In this document: one piece after another, positions 18,309-28,273 of the stretch
Position numbering within the stretch: position 1 is the stretch's first letter
Layout of the letters: each line of letters begins with the position of its first letter
Origin: a virus
Strand: one strand, 5' to 3'
Length of the DNA stretch: 64,000 bases
Virus record (IMG/VR): IMGVR_UViG_3300037010_001749
Location: 1-64,000 of that record
Translations under genes and position numbers: made by a program
Notes under the pieces: model-generated
What the model saw: the letters and a program-made list of their open reading frames with translations, nothing else
Database searches by the model: none
Told to the model about the DNA's origin: nothing

Positions 18309-20410
18309 AGCGTCACCACCTGGTCTGCATAGCTATCAGCGACAGCTGAGTGGGTCACCAGCAGGATCTGATCGAAGTTGGCTGTGGCCAGCGTCGCCAG
18401 CATGCTGGCCTCGCGGTTGTCGTCGCAAGCAGCACCAGGCTCGTCCAGCACCATGAAGTCGTTGTTGGGTAGGAAGGTCTTGGTGAGCGCAATGCGGATG
18501 CCTAGGCCTAGGGAGTCCAGGGCCGAGCCCGACAGGCCTGTGATTGGCTTGCCGTCGACCTTGAAGCCGCCGTCATCCTTGCTGACCACCGACTGCACGC
18601 CGCGGATCTGGCTGAAGTAGTGGCTCACCGTGGAGAGGATGATCGACCACAACTTATCCGCGACCTTCGGCCGCGCAGCACGCAGCTTCTGCAGCAGCAC
18701 GTTGTTCTGCGCCATCTCGGCCATGGAAGACAAGGCCTGGTCATGCGCTTCCTTGATACGTACCTGGCCGGCCACCTGCGCCGCGTGCACCCGTTGCTTG
18801 CTGCCGATGGCCTGGCGCCAGTTTTCGGCCTCGGTGGCCAAAGCCCTGGCCTGGTCCGCATGCTGCGCGGCCGCGGCCTTCAGGTCGCTTTCATGCTGGA
18901 TGGCGTGATTGCCTTGGACCTTGGGTTCGGTGCTGCTGATGGCAGCCTGAACTGCGGCCAGTACCTCGTTGAGCCGGGCGACCTCGACCTCGAGCACTGA
19001 CTTCTGGCCCTGGTCCCGGGCGGCCCGTTGCATCTCCGATTCCGCGGTTCGCAGCGCCGGCGCCGGATCGACCGCGCTGCCGCTCAGGTCCGGTCCAGTC
19101 CACTCGAGCACGGCAGGCACGCGGGTGTCGAGCGCCTTCACGTAGGCAGAGTGCCTTGAAGCGGTCATCGCAAACTTGCGGTCGGCTTGCTCAATCACGT
19201 CCAGCGCCCGCTGGTCTTCCTGCAGATTTGCGATCTCAGTACCGGCCTCGGCCAGTGTGATGCGGACTTGAATCAGCTCCTGGTCCAGGGCCTTGTTATG
19301 GCTTGCGACCTCGGGCACGTCCTTCAGGTCCTTGCCGCAGAAGACGCAGTTCTGCTCCTTGATGATCCGGCCCACGACCTGGCTCTCAACCAGCTTGGCC
19401 TGGTTGTAGCGGAGAGTTTCCCGTTTCAGGGTTTCGGCAATCCGGGCCACCTCGGCCTTGAACGTGGCCGAAGTGCCGTCCCAGGACGGGTCAGGTTCCA
19501 CCAGCGCAAGTACCTCGCGCTGGGCGGCCAGGGCCTTGCCTCGGTCCTGGAAGGCAGCCAGGTCCGCACGCAGGGCCTCCACCTGTGCCGGAGTGGCGTT
19601 GCTGTCAGGCTTGAGCCTCGATAGCGCGTCCTGATTCCGGGCCAAGTCTGCCTGGGCCTGGGCAAGATGGGCCTTGCCGTTCTGCAGTTCCCGCAGGTGC
19701 CCGCGCAACTCATCAGCCGCCTTGGTCGCCTCAGGCACCAGGCCGGCTGTCTCCTTGCTGGCTTCGAAGGCGGCGCTGTACGCAGCCTCGGCTACCGCCA
19801 GTGACCGTTCCTCGGCCGACACGTCGAGCACGCCCGGATCGCTGGCGGCCAGTTGCTGGCTGAGGGTAGCGACCTGTTGCTCCAGGCCTTTGAGGCTGCC
19901 CACCGGCAGGTTTTCGTTGACCAGCTGGATGACCTCGTCGATCACGGAGAAGTTCGATAGCTGCTCGATCATCTGGGCCGTTGCCGTCGGGCCCTCTTCC
20001 AGCGCACCGCGCAGCGCAGCCTGGTTGGCCAGCATGAGCTTGCCGGCCATCTTGGGCGGCGCGCCCAGCAGGCTCTCGACAAAGCGGGTTACCTCCTTCT
20101 GGCCGGTAGCCACAAGCTTGCCGTCCACCTCGATCTCAGCGCCGGACTTGCCGCGGCGAATCTGAACACTGTTCTGGTTGACCTTCCAGTTGAGCACAAC
20201 CTTGAGGCTGGATTCCTTCTCGCCCCAGGTCACAACATCGGCCAGCGGCTCCCGCAAGGCTTCAGACCCGAACAGGGCGTAGGCGATGGCCTCGAGCAGC
20301 GTGGACTTGCCACTCTCGTTGGCCGCCCGGATGGCGGTCAAACCCTTATCGAACGCGACGCGGGTGTCCCGCAGCTTGCGAAAGTTGGTGGTGTATACGG
20401 ATTCAAACAC
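18305..20410 (-). CDS. SbcC/Rad50-like ATPase
   Basis: Walker A NESGKST, coiled coil with CVFC hook, LSGS signature, VLDEP Walker B. Confidence 0.92.
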   Translation of the reverse strand: MFESVYTTNFRKLRDTRVAFDKGLTAIRAANESGKSTLLEAIAYALFGSEALREPLADVVTWGEKESSLKVVLNWKVNQNSVQIRRGKSGAEIEVDGKLVATGQKEVTRFVESLLGAPPKMAGKLMLANQAALRGALEEGPTATAQMIEQLSNFSVIDEVIQLVNENLPVGSLKGLEQQVATLSQQLAASDPGVLDVSAEERSLAVAEAAYSAAFEASKETAGLVPEATKAADELRGHLRELQNGKAHLAQAQADLARNQDALSRLKPDSNATPAQVEALRADLAAFQDRGKALAAQREVLALVEPDPSWDGTSATFKAEVARIAETLKRETLRYNQAKLVESQVVGRIIKEQNCVFCGKDLKDVPEVASHNKALDQELIQVRITLAEAGTEIANLQEDQRALDVIEQADRKFAMTASRHSAYVKALDTRVPAVLEWTGPDLSGSAVDPAPALRTAESEMQRAARDQGQKSVLEVEVARLNEVLAAVQAAISSTEPKVQGNHAIQHESDLKAAAAQHADQARALATEAENWRQAIGSKQRVHAAQVAGQVRIKEAHDQALSSMAEMAQNNVLLQKLRAARPKVADKLWSIILSTVSHYFSQIRGVQSVVSKDDGGFKVDGKPITGLSGSALDSLGLGIRIALTKTFLPNNDFMVLDEPGAACDDNREASMLATLATANFDQILLVTHSAVADSYADQVVTL

Positions 20411-21443
20411 TGGCGTTTTCCTTGGCCCTGTAGAGCTTCTTCACGACCTCACGCTCATGCTCGTCCAGGCAATCGAGCAGCGCCTGGAAAACGTCGAACG
20501 TCTTGATCTCTTCGAGAGTGACTTGGATCTGCTCGCCATCGGCGGCACCTGCAACCTTGACCGCGTTGGTGATGACCAGGGCCTTGGCTTTATTCCGGAA
20601 CTTGGCGATGGCCGTGACCACCTCCGAGGCTTCCTCGGCCGAGGCCTCGCCCACGACCCGGATGAACTTCTCACCGCTGTCGGCAAGGGCGCGCCAGTCC
20701 TGCTCGGCATACTCGCCCTTGGCGAGCCAGGTGCACTCGAAGTCCAAGCCGTCCGGCGTGATGACCGCGCAGCGCTTGCTGTCGTTGCCGAGGCAGTCCG
20801 AGACCGAACTCGGGAACTGGTTGCCGACGATGACGACCTTCTCCCCCAACGCCTGCTTCTGCTGGTGCTCGTGGGCAAAGATGATGTGCTCCACCGGAGC
20901 CTTCGTCGCTTGCTCCTGGCTCATGTTGAGCGAGTGGTCGCTTTCGACGGCGAAGTGGTTGTGGTAGTTGCAGTGCACCAGCAAGTAGGCGCACTTCGGT
21001 ACCGACTCGAGAGCCACGTCGAAAAGGTACTGGTTCGCAAGGTGCGGGATCACGTAGGCATCCCACTCATCAAGCTTCATCGGCGCGTCAATCACGGTCA
21101 CGCGCTTGCCGAACTCAGCCACCAGGATCTTGCACAGAAATTGAAAGCTACTCAGCGTCGTGAGCGTCTTCTCCAAGTCATGGTTGCCAGGGACCAAGAG
21201 CAGGCGCTTGCCATCCAGCAAGTGCTTGCGCAGGATCTGCCACACGGCCAGCACGTCGGCCATGGCCACATGCCCGGTGTCGAACAGGTCGCCCAGAACC
21301 AGAAGGGCGCCATCGGCGCCCTGGACCACAGCATCGAGTTGCTCGTTGAGGTAGTTGCGCAACCCCCAGGCCGTGAACGGCGTGGTGCCAGCGGCGCGCT
21401 GGGCGCCGTTGTGGGTGTCATGAATGATGGTCAGGTTTTGCAT
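20403..21443 (-). CDS. SbcD/Mre11-like nuclease
   Basis: DTH, GDLFD, GNHD and HEH metallophosphoesterase motifs; adjacent to the Rad50-like gene. Confidence 0.9.
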   Translation of the reverse strand: MQNLTIIHDTHNGAQRAAGTTPFTAWGLRNYLNEQLDAVVQGADGALLVLGDLFDTGHVAMADVLAVWQILRKHLLDGKRLLLVPGNHDLEKTLTTLSSFQFLCKILVAEFGKRVTVIDAPMKLDEWDAYVIPHLANQYLFDVALESVPKCAYLLVHCNYHNHFAVESDHSLNMSQEQATKAPVEHIIFAHEHQQKQALGEKVVIVGNQFPSSVSDCLGNDSKRCAVITPDGLDFECTWLAKGEYAEQDWRALADSGEKFIRVVGEASAEEASEVVTAIAKFRNKAKALVITNAVKVAGAADGEQIQVTLEEIKTFDVFQALLDCLDEHEREVVKKLYRAKENASV

Positions 21444-21492
21444 AGTTGTCAGAGTTTACCAGGGGCCATGGCCCTGTCGATAGCCCCATCCA

Positions 21493-21939
21493 TCAGGTGA
21501 ACAGCCCCAGGCTGTCTAGCGCGGCCGCGCAACTGGGGTACGTCGGCAGTGCAGAGATGTCCCAACTTTTGCCTGGGCGGTGGATGTACGGCTCGATGCT
21601 GGAGATACGCCACATCTCGTGCTTGGTGTGGTGGACCAGGACGTAGACGCGGCCTCCGGCCCACATGCGCTTGCGTAGCTTCGCCACGCCTTCGGGCTTG
21701 TAGTTCTTGAACGGCAGCGTGGCGACCGCTTCGGTCTCCTTCACTTCGATAATGCCGAAGCAGCACGGCATGTAGAACTCGAAGTCGCCGACCTGCCGCG
21801 GAAAGCGCCCGCCAGCGCTATGCGCGTCGTAGTTGCGGTGCCAGTCGAAGGCCACGGTCTTTCGGTCGTAGGCCTCGAGGTACTTCTTCACCTCGTCTTC
21901 GCTGCTTTTGCCGCGGTTGGCTTCACTCCTCGTCGCCAC
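21493..21939 (-). CDS. Holliday junction resolvase, RecU-like PD-(D/E)xK
   Basis: NRGK..E, GDF and IEVKET motifs. Confidence 0.65.
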   Translation of the reverse strand: MATRSEANRGKSSEDEVKKYLEAYDRKTVAFDWHRNYDAHSAGGRFPRQVGDFEFYMPCCFGIIEVKETEAVATLPFKNYKPEGVAKLRKRMWAGGRVYVLVHHTKHEMWRISSIEPYIHRPGKSWDISALPTYPSCAAALDSLGLFT

Positions 21940-22171
21940 GGGATTGCTCCTTGCGTTCCCGGATCGTGGCCGAGATGTTGAGATGGATATAGGTGCTCTG
22001 CAGTTCGTCCTCGCTGAGGCTCATGACCCGCTGTAGAAGGCGCGCACGCTGCAGCGTGATGACCCCGGCGAGCTCGACGCGAAAGCCCCCTTGCGTCTTG
22101 TAGGACAAGACCGCGTGGGCCTGGCCTCTCGGTGCCGAATCCTTCGGTAGCTTTGCTTTCCAGTCGCTCAT
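21923..22171 (-). CDS. Hypothetical protein
   Basis: GAGG RBS; packs between neighbouring genes. Confidence 0.5.
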   Translation of the reverse strand: MSDWKAKLPKDSAPRGQAHAVLSYKTQGGFRVELAGVITLQRARLLQRVMSLSEDELQSTYIHLNISATIRERKEQSRGDEE

Positions 22172-22178
22172 TTGTTCC

Positions 22179-22496
22179 TCAAAAGGGGGTCGTGTCCCCT
22201 GTATGTGATTTCAGTCGCAAGCCCAGCCAGGCAACTGCGCCTTCGTCTTCCCCGGCTCGAACTGCTCTGTTGGCCTCGCCTTCAGGGTGCTGGTCACAGA
22301 GGGCTGAGCCCTTTCGGTGTGGCCCCCAGAAGTAGGCCCCGGCACACCTGCAAGGTACGCGATGGATACGCTCAAGATCGAGGTAAAAGCGGTCATAACC
22401 GCAGTCCCGGCACTTGCGTTTTCGCCTGTACCACTGCAGGGAGTGCTTGAAGGTGTTGCGTGTTCTGCATCGGCTGCAGCGGTAGATGTGGGCCAT
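22179..22496 (-). CDS. Cys-rich zinc-binding protein
   Basis: CxxC...CxxC...CxC....PHR.GS..C. Confidence 0.55.
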   Translation of the reverse strand: MAHIYRCSRCRTRNTFKHSLQWYRRKRKCRDCGYDRFYLDLERIHRVPCRCAGAYFWGPHRKGSALCDQHPEGEANRAVRAGEDEGAVAWLGLRLKSHTGDTTPF

Positions 22497-22843
22497 AGTG
22501 CGGCTTGCTCCATGAAGATATTTCCTTTGGCTAGGTTAGCCGCCATCGGCAGCACTCGCAAGTTGTAGTGAACGTGCAGGCCGCAGACCAGATCGCCTTT
22601 GAGCGGGATGATGTGATCCACGCTGTGTAGCGTGCCTGTCTCTTTGGTGAGACGCTTAGCGTCTCTGTAGAGCCTACGGATCAGGGCTTTATCGGCCCAA
22701 GGCGGTGTCGCCATCTTCACCTTCAGCCGGTAGACTTTTCCGCGGAAGTTCCCTCGGCTGATGCGCAGTGGGCACCCAGGCCTGAATAACGGTCCTGGGT
22801 GCTGTCCATCAAGCTGCAGCGATAGCTGTTCTGCTCTTGGCAC
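22211..22843 (-). CDS. HNH endonuclease (start uncertain; C-terminus runs over the next gene)
   Basis: ATPPWAD...VDHIIPLKG..VCGLHV..NL..L....N..KGN. Confidence 0.75.
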   Translation of the reverse strand: MPRAEQLSLQLDGQHPGPLFRPGCPLRISRGNFRGKVYRLKVKMATPPWADKALIRRLYRDAKRLTKETGTLHSVDHIIPLKGDLVCGLHVHYNLRVLPMAANLAKGNIFMEQAALWPTSTAAADAEHATPSSTPCSGTGENASAGTAVMTAFTSILSVSIAYLAGVPGPTSGGHTERAQPSVTSTLKARPTEQFEPGKTKAQLPGWACD

Positions 22844-25800
22844 GAGTCTCTTCCAGCTTTGCCATGCCGTAGGCCACAGCCTCGGCCGTGGGCTGCTCAC
22901 CGATCTCGATCTGCTCGCCGAACGACGGGCCAAAGCTGATCGACGACTCGATGGGGATGGCCATGCCGCCATACGGCTGCACCATACAAGCGTGCATCTC
23001 CTGCAGGAATGGCAGCAGATCTTTGGTCGCCACGCTCCACACGACTTCGTCGTGGATGGGACCGATGAACACGCAGTCGTACTTGAAGATCAGCCGGCGC
23101 TTCCAAGCCGCACCGTAGGCGCGCTTGGTTTGCTCTGCGGCAGACCCCTGTACCTTGAAATTCACAGCCTGGCGTTCAGCCTTGCTGGCCACATAGCCGT
23201 CGCCGCTGTTGAGCGCTGCCTGCAGGTGCCGCACCGCGCCACCCATCGTCCGCACGAAGCCCTTGTTGCTGGCTTCGCTGATGACGTCGTCCTTCCAAGC
23301 CGCAGCCACGGGGAAGGCTTCTTCCTTCGCAGCCACGAAGACTTCAGCGTCCTCCAGCGGGATCAGCAGCGTCTCGGCGACCTTCTTGGCCATTGCGCCG
23401 TACTCGGTCGTGAAGTTGACCTTCTTGCCGTAGACCCGAGAGTCCTTCGCTTCAGTATGCAGCGGGCTGGTCTTGTCTTGACGGGCGGCCTCAAAGGCCT
23501 CGTAGCTCCACTCATGCGCCGGGTACTTCCACTTCGCGATCCCGAGGCCAGTCAGCGAGTGCATGTCGCGCTTGTGCTCGCCAACGTAGCAGGCCACCAT
23601 GGCCGGGTCCTTGCTGTAGTCCGCGATGATGCGGAGTTCCTGCGAGGACTCGTCAAGTGAGGCGATGACCGCATCTGCGTGGTGGGGCACGATCACTTCC
23701 CGGAACCGGGGAAGCTGACCCTCGATCTTCGGGTGCTTTGGCAGCTGCTGCTTGTTCGGCCCGCTCTCGCTTGACCTCCGGGTATTGGCTTCGCACTGGT
23801 TCAGCGAAGAATGGAGCTTGCCAGTCTTCCAGTGCAGCAGGCCGGGGTACTTGTTGTAGTACAGGCTGCGCCGAGTCTCGACCATCTGCATCAGCTTCAT
23901 CGCATTGAGGGCCTGCTTGTCATCCTCCTTAGCGTCGAACTTCAAGGCCCAATCGATGGCCAGCACGTCGGTCTTGGCCGACCCTTCACGCTGGCCGGCG
24001 GCCTTCATCACGTCCGTTGGCTTGTTACGAATGCGGATAGGCAGGCCCATCACTTCGTACATCAACCGGGCCTTCTGCTGCGGAGACCCACCATTGAACT
24101 TCGGTTCACCCTTGAAGTGGTTCTTGACGTAGGTGTTGAACGCAACCCAGGCCTGTGTCATCGAGCCGTCGTCGTTGTAGGCCGGCAGCTTGTAGCAGTT
24201 CAGAAGCAGCGCCGCCAAGGTGTCTTCCCCTTCAGCCGCCATCAGCGCCGCGAGCTTCTCGGACTTACGCGCCTGGGTGTCCAGGACCTTGTCTGTCACC
24301 AGGCTATAGGCCAGCTTCAGATCCGACGGCGTGCTCTTGGAGTCGAACACCGGGCAGACCGAGCCCTCCCAGCCGCGCTCCATGAGGTATCCACGTAGGA
24401 TCGCCCAGGCCTCGTCGTAAGTCTTGTCGTCTTCCTTCGAAAGTTCCCGCATCTTCCCAGCCGAGAAATCAGTGCCCTGCAGGAACCCGGCGGCGCTCAT
24501 GTAGGCCGCATCGATCTCTGTCTCGAGGTAGCACTGCCATGTGTGTTCGAGTTCCATCACAAGTCGGTAGAAGACGTGCAGCGCCGCAGTGCAGATAGTG
24601 TCATCAGCGCCGTAGCTGAAGACCTCCGTTGCTGGCAACTCGTTAATCTTGTAGAGCCGAGTCACGGTGGCCGGGGTGTACGAGGCGGTCTCGCCGGCAG
24701 CGTCAAGTTCCAGCGCCTGCTCTTCGGTGATCTCGTTGTTGCCCGCGTCGTAGTAGGCCGCCGGGATGTTGACCCTGACGAGGCGGCCGCCCTTGCGCAT
24801 CTCGTCTTCCGGGCCGGTGCGGCTGCAGGTTTCCTTGTACGTTTGCTGCTTGTATCCCAGGTGGTAGTCAGAGCGGAACTTGAGCCCGTTCTTCAGGTTC
24901 TCGTCCACGTAGGACGCTTCAATCTTGGTATCGAGGCAGTTGGTCAGAAAGCCGTCGGCGCCGTTGTCCTCCTGCTGCGCGGACCACTCCTGGTACAGCA
25001 CCGTGAGTTCGAAGCTCAGGTTCTGGATCACCTTCTCGGGCTTGATCTGGGCAATCAGCTGCCGCACAGCTTCGCTGGGCACGTTGCGGGTCTCAGCGTG
25101 GTCCACACTGATGTAGACCGTGTACTGCAGGTTGTCCCCGAACGTGAGGCTCAAGCCTGTCAGCGTGCTGCCCAGGACGTCGACGCCGTCCGGGTCTGGC
25201 GGCTGCTGGTTCTGCAGCCACTCATCGGACTCGGGCGGAGTCGATGTCTCGATGTCCAGTGCCACGAACGGTGAGCGCTGGCACTGCTGCAAGCAGAAGT
25301 CGCGCTGGGCTTCCCAGTTGTCCGTAGTCACGAGCCAGGACTGGCCGGCGTAGCGCTCCAAGCGCTCGTCGGTCACGCCGCGCACGAAGGTCTTCACCTT
25401 ACCTGGGCGCCACTTCAGCTGGAAGCTCCGGCTATTGACCCACTCCGGGTGCAGCGATGCGAGCTTGAAGCTCTGCATCGTGCGCTCGGCGTTCTTGCAG
25501 ATCAGCGCGATGGCCTTGTCTTCCTCGGCCTGGGCAAACAACGGGCCCAGCGAGCCGGCCTGCATCAAGTCCAGCAGGTGCTGCAGGCCTTCGTTGTCAT
25601 ACACCAGGCGGAAGCCGTCCCAGGTCTTCTCACCGAAGCCCGGGCAGCCTGGGATGTTGTCGCTGTCATCACCCACAAGCGACTTGTAGACGGTAATGAG
25701 GTGGAAGGGAAAATCGCCGTACTTGTTGTGATTGACCTTTCCGTTGATCCACACGTGGACCTTGGCACCCTGCTCGTTCGTGCCCACCAACGCTGCCATG

Positions 25801-26240
25801 TCGTTGTCGTGGGTGGCGATCAGGATGTCACGCTCGGAGTGCTTAGCTAAGTAGGCCAGCACGTCGTCGCCTTCGACCGTGTCCTGACTCACCGCAGTGG
25901 CGCCCACGTCACGCCAGGTCTGCTCGAGCATGCCCAGCATCTTCTGGAACTCGGCGTAGGCTTCGGGCGGCCGCGCATCGCGCTTACCCTTGTACTTCGG
26001 GTCAATGGCCAGCCGGCGACGCTTGCTGTTCTGGCCTTCGAAGACCAGGATGCATTCGTGGGGCGTAGCGCCTGCCGCCTTCATCGCACCCAGCATCGAG
26101 TTCATGGTGTTCTCGTAGCCATACGGTGCGGTGTTGATGTGGACTTCTTTCTCTTCGTGGAGAACCTTGTAGCCCTCCTTGTCTTTCGAGACCAGGAGGC
26201 CATTCCAGCCGAAGCTGGACATATCAAATGCGAGTTGCAT
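22809..26240 (-). CDS. polA: Family A DNA polymerase with 5'-3' and 3'-5' exonuclease domains
   Basis: EGDD and GDDSDNIPG (5'-3' exo); LDIET and YGADD (3'-5' exo); motif A DESSQELR, motif B R...K.VNF...YG, motif C HDE. Confidence 0.93.
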   Translation of the reverse strand: MQLAFDMSSFGWNGLLVSKDKEGYKVLHEEKEVHINTAPYGYENTMNSMLGAMKAAGATPHECILVFEGQNSKRRRLAIDPKYKGKRDARPPEAYAEFQKMLGMLEQTWRDVGATAVSQDTVEGDDVLAYLAKHSERDILIATHDNDMAALVGTNEQGAKVHVWINGKVNHNKYGDFPFHLITVYKSLVGDDSDNIPGCPGFGEKTWDGFRLVYDNEGLQHLLDLMQAGSLGPLFAQAEEDKAIALICKNAERTMQSFKLASLHPEWVNSRSFQLKWRPGKVKTFVRGVTDERLERYAGQSWLVTTDNWEAQRDFCLQQCQRSPFVALDIETSTPPESDEWLQNQQPPDPDGVDVLGSTLTGLSLTFGDNLQYTVYISVDHAETRNVPSEAVRQLIAQIKPEKVIQNLSFELTVLYQEWSAQQEDNGADGFLTNCLDTKIEASYVDENLKNGLKFRSDYHLGYKQQTYKETCSRTGPEDEMRKGGRLVRVNIPAAYYDAGNNEITEEQALELDAAGETASYTPATVTRLYKINELPATEVFSYGADDTICTAALHVFYRLVMELEHTWQCYLETEIDAAYMSAAGFLQGTDFSAGKMRELSKEDDKTYDEAWAILRGYLMERGWEGSVCPVFDSKSTPSDLKLAYSLVTDKVLDTQARKSEKLAALMAAEGEDTLAALLLNCYKLPAYNDDGSMTQAWVAFNTYVKNHFKGEPKFNGGSPQQKARLMYEVMGLPIRIRNKPTDVMKAAGQREGSAKTDVLAIDWALKFDAKEDDKQALNAMKLMQMVETRRSLYYNKYPGLLHWKTGKLHSSLNQCEANTRRSSESGPNKQQLPKHPKIEGQLPRFREVIVPHHADAVIASLDESSQELRIIADYSKDPAMVACYVGEHKRDMHSLTGLGIAKWKYPAHEWSYEAFEAARQDKTSPLHTEAKDSRVYGKKVNFTTEYGAMAKKVAETLLIPLEDAEVFVAAKEEAFPVAAAWKDDVISEASNKGFVRTMGGAVRHLQAALNSGDGYVASKAERQAVNFKVQGSAAEQTKRAYGAAWKRRLIFKYDCVFIGPIHDEVVWSVATKDLLPFLQEMHACMVQPYGGMAIPIESSISFGPSFGEQIEIGEQPTAEAVAYGMAKLEETRAKSRTAIAAA

Positions 26241-26675
26241 TTACTTGTTGTCCTTGATCGTGTAGTGGTGCGGCTGCTTGCCCTTGTGCAGCTCGAGGAT
26301 GGCCGCCGCCTGGCTGTTCAACTCGGCAAGTTCAAAAGAGACGCCGTTCATCGGACGGTCGTCAACCATGTTCCCCTGCAGCATAGAGTCGCGCAGCACC
26401 ATGAGGCTTGCGATGGCCTTGTCCAGGTGGTGCATGCCGCTGTCAGGGTCGATGTCTTGGCCTTCCCACCATGGGACGATGTGCCGGGCGACCGTAGCGT
26501 CGAAGTAGACCGAGGCTCGAACGCCGGCGCCGCGGTAGTTGTGCCGGCCGTACTTCGCAGCGCCTTCGAGCATGGCCAGGCCTATGCGCCACAGCACACG
26601 CATAGGCAGGGTAGAGAAGGGCACCTTGGCAGTGCCAATGGCGTCCTTCGGGTTGGTCTCTTTACGCTCGCCCAT
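26241..26675 (-). CDS. dATP/dGTP diphosphohydrolase-domain protein (DUF5664-like)
   Basis: NPKD.IG..K...GA.KYG..N.R...RH...WW.G.DID.DSG.HHL..A. Confidence 0.8.
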   Translation of the reverse strand: MGERKETNPKDAIGTAKVPFSTLPMRVLWRIGLAMLEGAAKYGRHNYRGAGVRASVYFDATVARHIVPWWEGQDIDPDSGMHHLDKAIASLMVLRDSMLQGNMVDDRPMNGVSFELAELNSQAAAILELHKGKQPHHYTIKDNK

Positions 26676-27687
26676 TCTCAGCCTTGTTGATCTCGAATTT
26701 GAGTGTGTTGACGATCCGGCTTTCCACTCGGCGACTCAGCACCGCAGGCAGTATCCGACGTGGGTCGTAGACCCGTTTGGCAAAGTCTTCCAGGCGCATG
26801 TGAGTCGGCACCAGGATCTCCACGAGCATCGAGACTTTGAGGCGATCCACGTACTGCCAGTCCTCCATAACGCCCAAGGCCTCCTTGAACGCCGCCACCC
26901 GCGCCTTGCGCTTGAAGGCCTCGACTGACATGCGCTCCACCGCTTGCACAAGCTCCTTGCATAGCTGACCGTCAGACAAGATACGCAGCGTCTGCAGCGC
27001 GTAGTCCACACCTTCGAACTCTGGAAACTTCTCCAGGTTCTCGTGCAGCACGGAGCGCAGCCTGGCGATGAGGTCGTAGTGGCAAGTCATGGAGATGATG
27101 CCCCGGGGCATCTCCAGCATGCCTGCCACAGCGTTGGAGCAGTCAGCGTCCCAGGCCTCGGCGTACACCGAAGGGAAGCCGGAGACGACACCGATCTGGC
27201 CCCACTGAGTCTCAGCGTAGTAGTTGCTTGCGTCTTCGACGAAACCTATGATGCCGGCACAGGAGGTGCGGAATACCCGGGCCACTTCCATGGCAAACAT
27301 GGCGCCAGTTGCGTGCGTGCCTACCGGCCAGTCCTCGGGTAGCGGAAACGCCATCTTGCGCTCGCCAACCGGGACCTTCTGAAAGACCAGGGCCATGCCG
27401 CGGTGGCCATCCAATGTGCTGAACTCTTCCGGAGCAAAGCGAAGAAGCTCCAGGCCTCGACGGTAGAAGGCGTGGAGTTCCTCAGCGTTAAGGGGCAACG
27501 GATAGTCCAGGTACTCGTGCAGAGGTACGCCCAGAAGCATCTGCGGGGCCTTCAGCGGTGGGGCCTGCCAGGGCAGGTCCGTGATGCTGATAGGCCCCTG
27601 CAACAAGTCCGCTGGGCTATAGCCAGCGTTGCTGAAGGAGGTGGCTATGGCCTCCGACAGTACGCGGGTTCTATTGAGCCTGGCCAT
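26662..27687 (-). CDS. Hypothetical protein, 341 aa
   Basis: Long ORF overlapping both neighbours in the operon. Confidence 0.65.
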   Translation of the reverse strand: MARLNRTRVLSEAIATSFSNAGYSPADLLQGPISITDLPWQAPPLKAPQMLLGVPLHEYLDYPLPLNAEELHAFYRRGLELLRFAPEEFSTLDGHRGMALVFQKVPVGERKMAFPLPEDWPVGTHATGAMFAMEVARVFRTSCAGIIGFVEDASNYYAETQWGQIGVVSGFPSVYAEAWDADCSNAVAGMLEMPRGIISMTCHYDLIARLRSVLHENLEKFPEFEGVDYALQTLRILSDGQLCKELVQAVERMSVEAFKRKARVAAFKEALGVMEDWQYVDRLKVSMLVEILVPTHMRLEDFAKRVYDPRRILPAVLSRRVESRIVNTLKFEINKAENGRA

Positions 27688-28273
27688 TCCCCGCGCCCGC
27701 CTCCAGAACCGTCCGCTCGTTGGTCAGATCGCGGTCCAGCGTGGCCTGCAGGTCGAAGACCGCGCCACCGTTGCGCGCCGCGAGCTTGGCGTCGTTGACC
27801 ATCAAGCACTGGCGCATAGTGAAGCCATGGCGCTGCAGCAAGACAACCAGGAGCAGCATGCTCGCTTCGAGGCCTTCCAGCAGGTCGTAGTCACTGATAC
27901 CCAGTTCAGCCTGGGCTGACACAGCGGCCAGCCCGGTGTTGAGTAACTTCACCAACCGCGGGCCAGCGTATTCGGCCTCTCTGGCCTCGGCTTTCGCCAG
28001 AGACTTCATGGCCTTCTCGACCCAAGAGTCCAGCTTGCTCATGCTGATTTCTCGCTCGTCGCAGAGCAATGTGAAGTACCACAGCACGTCGCCGATCTCT
28101 TCGAGAAGGTTGACGGCGTCGAACGGCCGGCCGTAGGCCAGGCAGCGCTTGTAGATATTGGCGATCTCTCCGGACTCGGAGATGATGCCCAGTTGGGCGT
28201 GCTCGATCTGGGCGTCATGATCCAACTTTGCCGCGCGATTCCGCACAGTCACAAGGTATTCGGTGAAGTTCAT
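27671..28273 (-). CDS. MazG-like NTP pyrophosphohydrolase
   Basis: LG...E.GE....K...EE.GDVLWY...N..KL..R. Confidence 0.8.
   Translation of the reverse strand: MNFTEYLVTVRNRAAKLDHDAQIEHAQLGIISESGEIANIYKRCLAYGRPFDAVNLLEEIGDVLWYFTLLCDEREISMSKLDSWVEKAMKSLAKAEAREAEYAGPRLVKLLNTGLAAVSAQAELGISDYDLLEGLEASMLLLVVLLQRHGFTMRQCLMVNDAKLAARNGGAVFDLQATLDRDLTNERTVLEAGAGNGQAQ

Noticed and set aside
24600-24850. Intein in PolA (insert within the 3'-5' exonuclease region)
   Set aside because: The insert is short and lacks the C-terminal HN-C/S/T splice motif and LAGLIDADG blocks
26241-28273. Complete Z-genome (2-aminoadenine) pathway
   Set aside because: No PurZ/adenylosuccinate-synthetase-like gene or HD-domain DatZ is visible in this window
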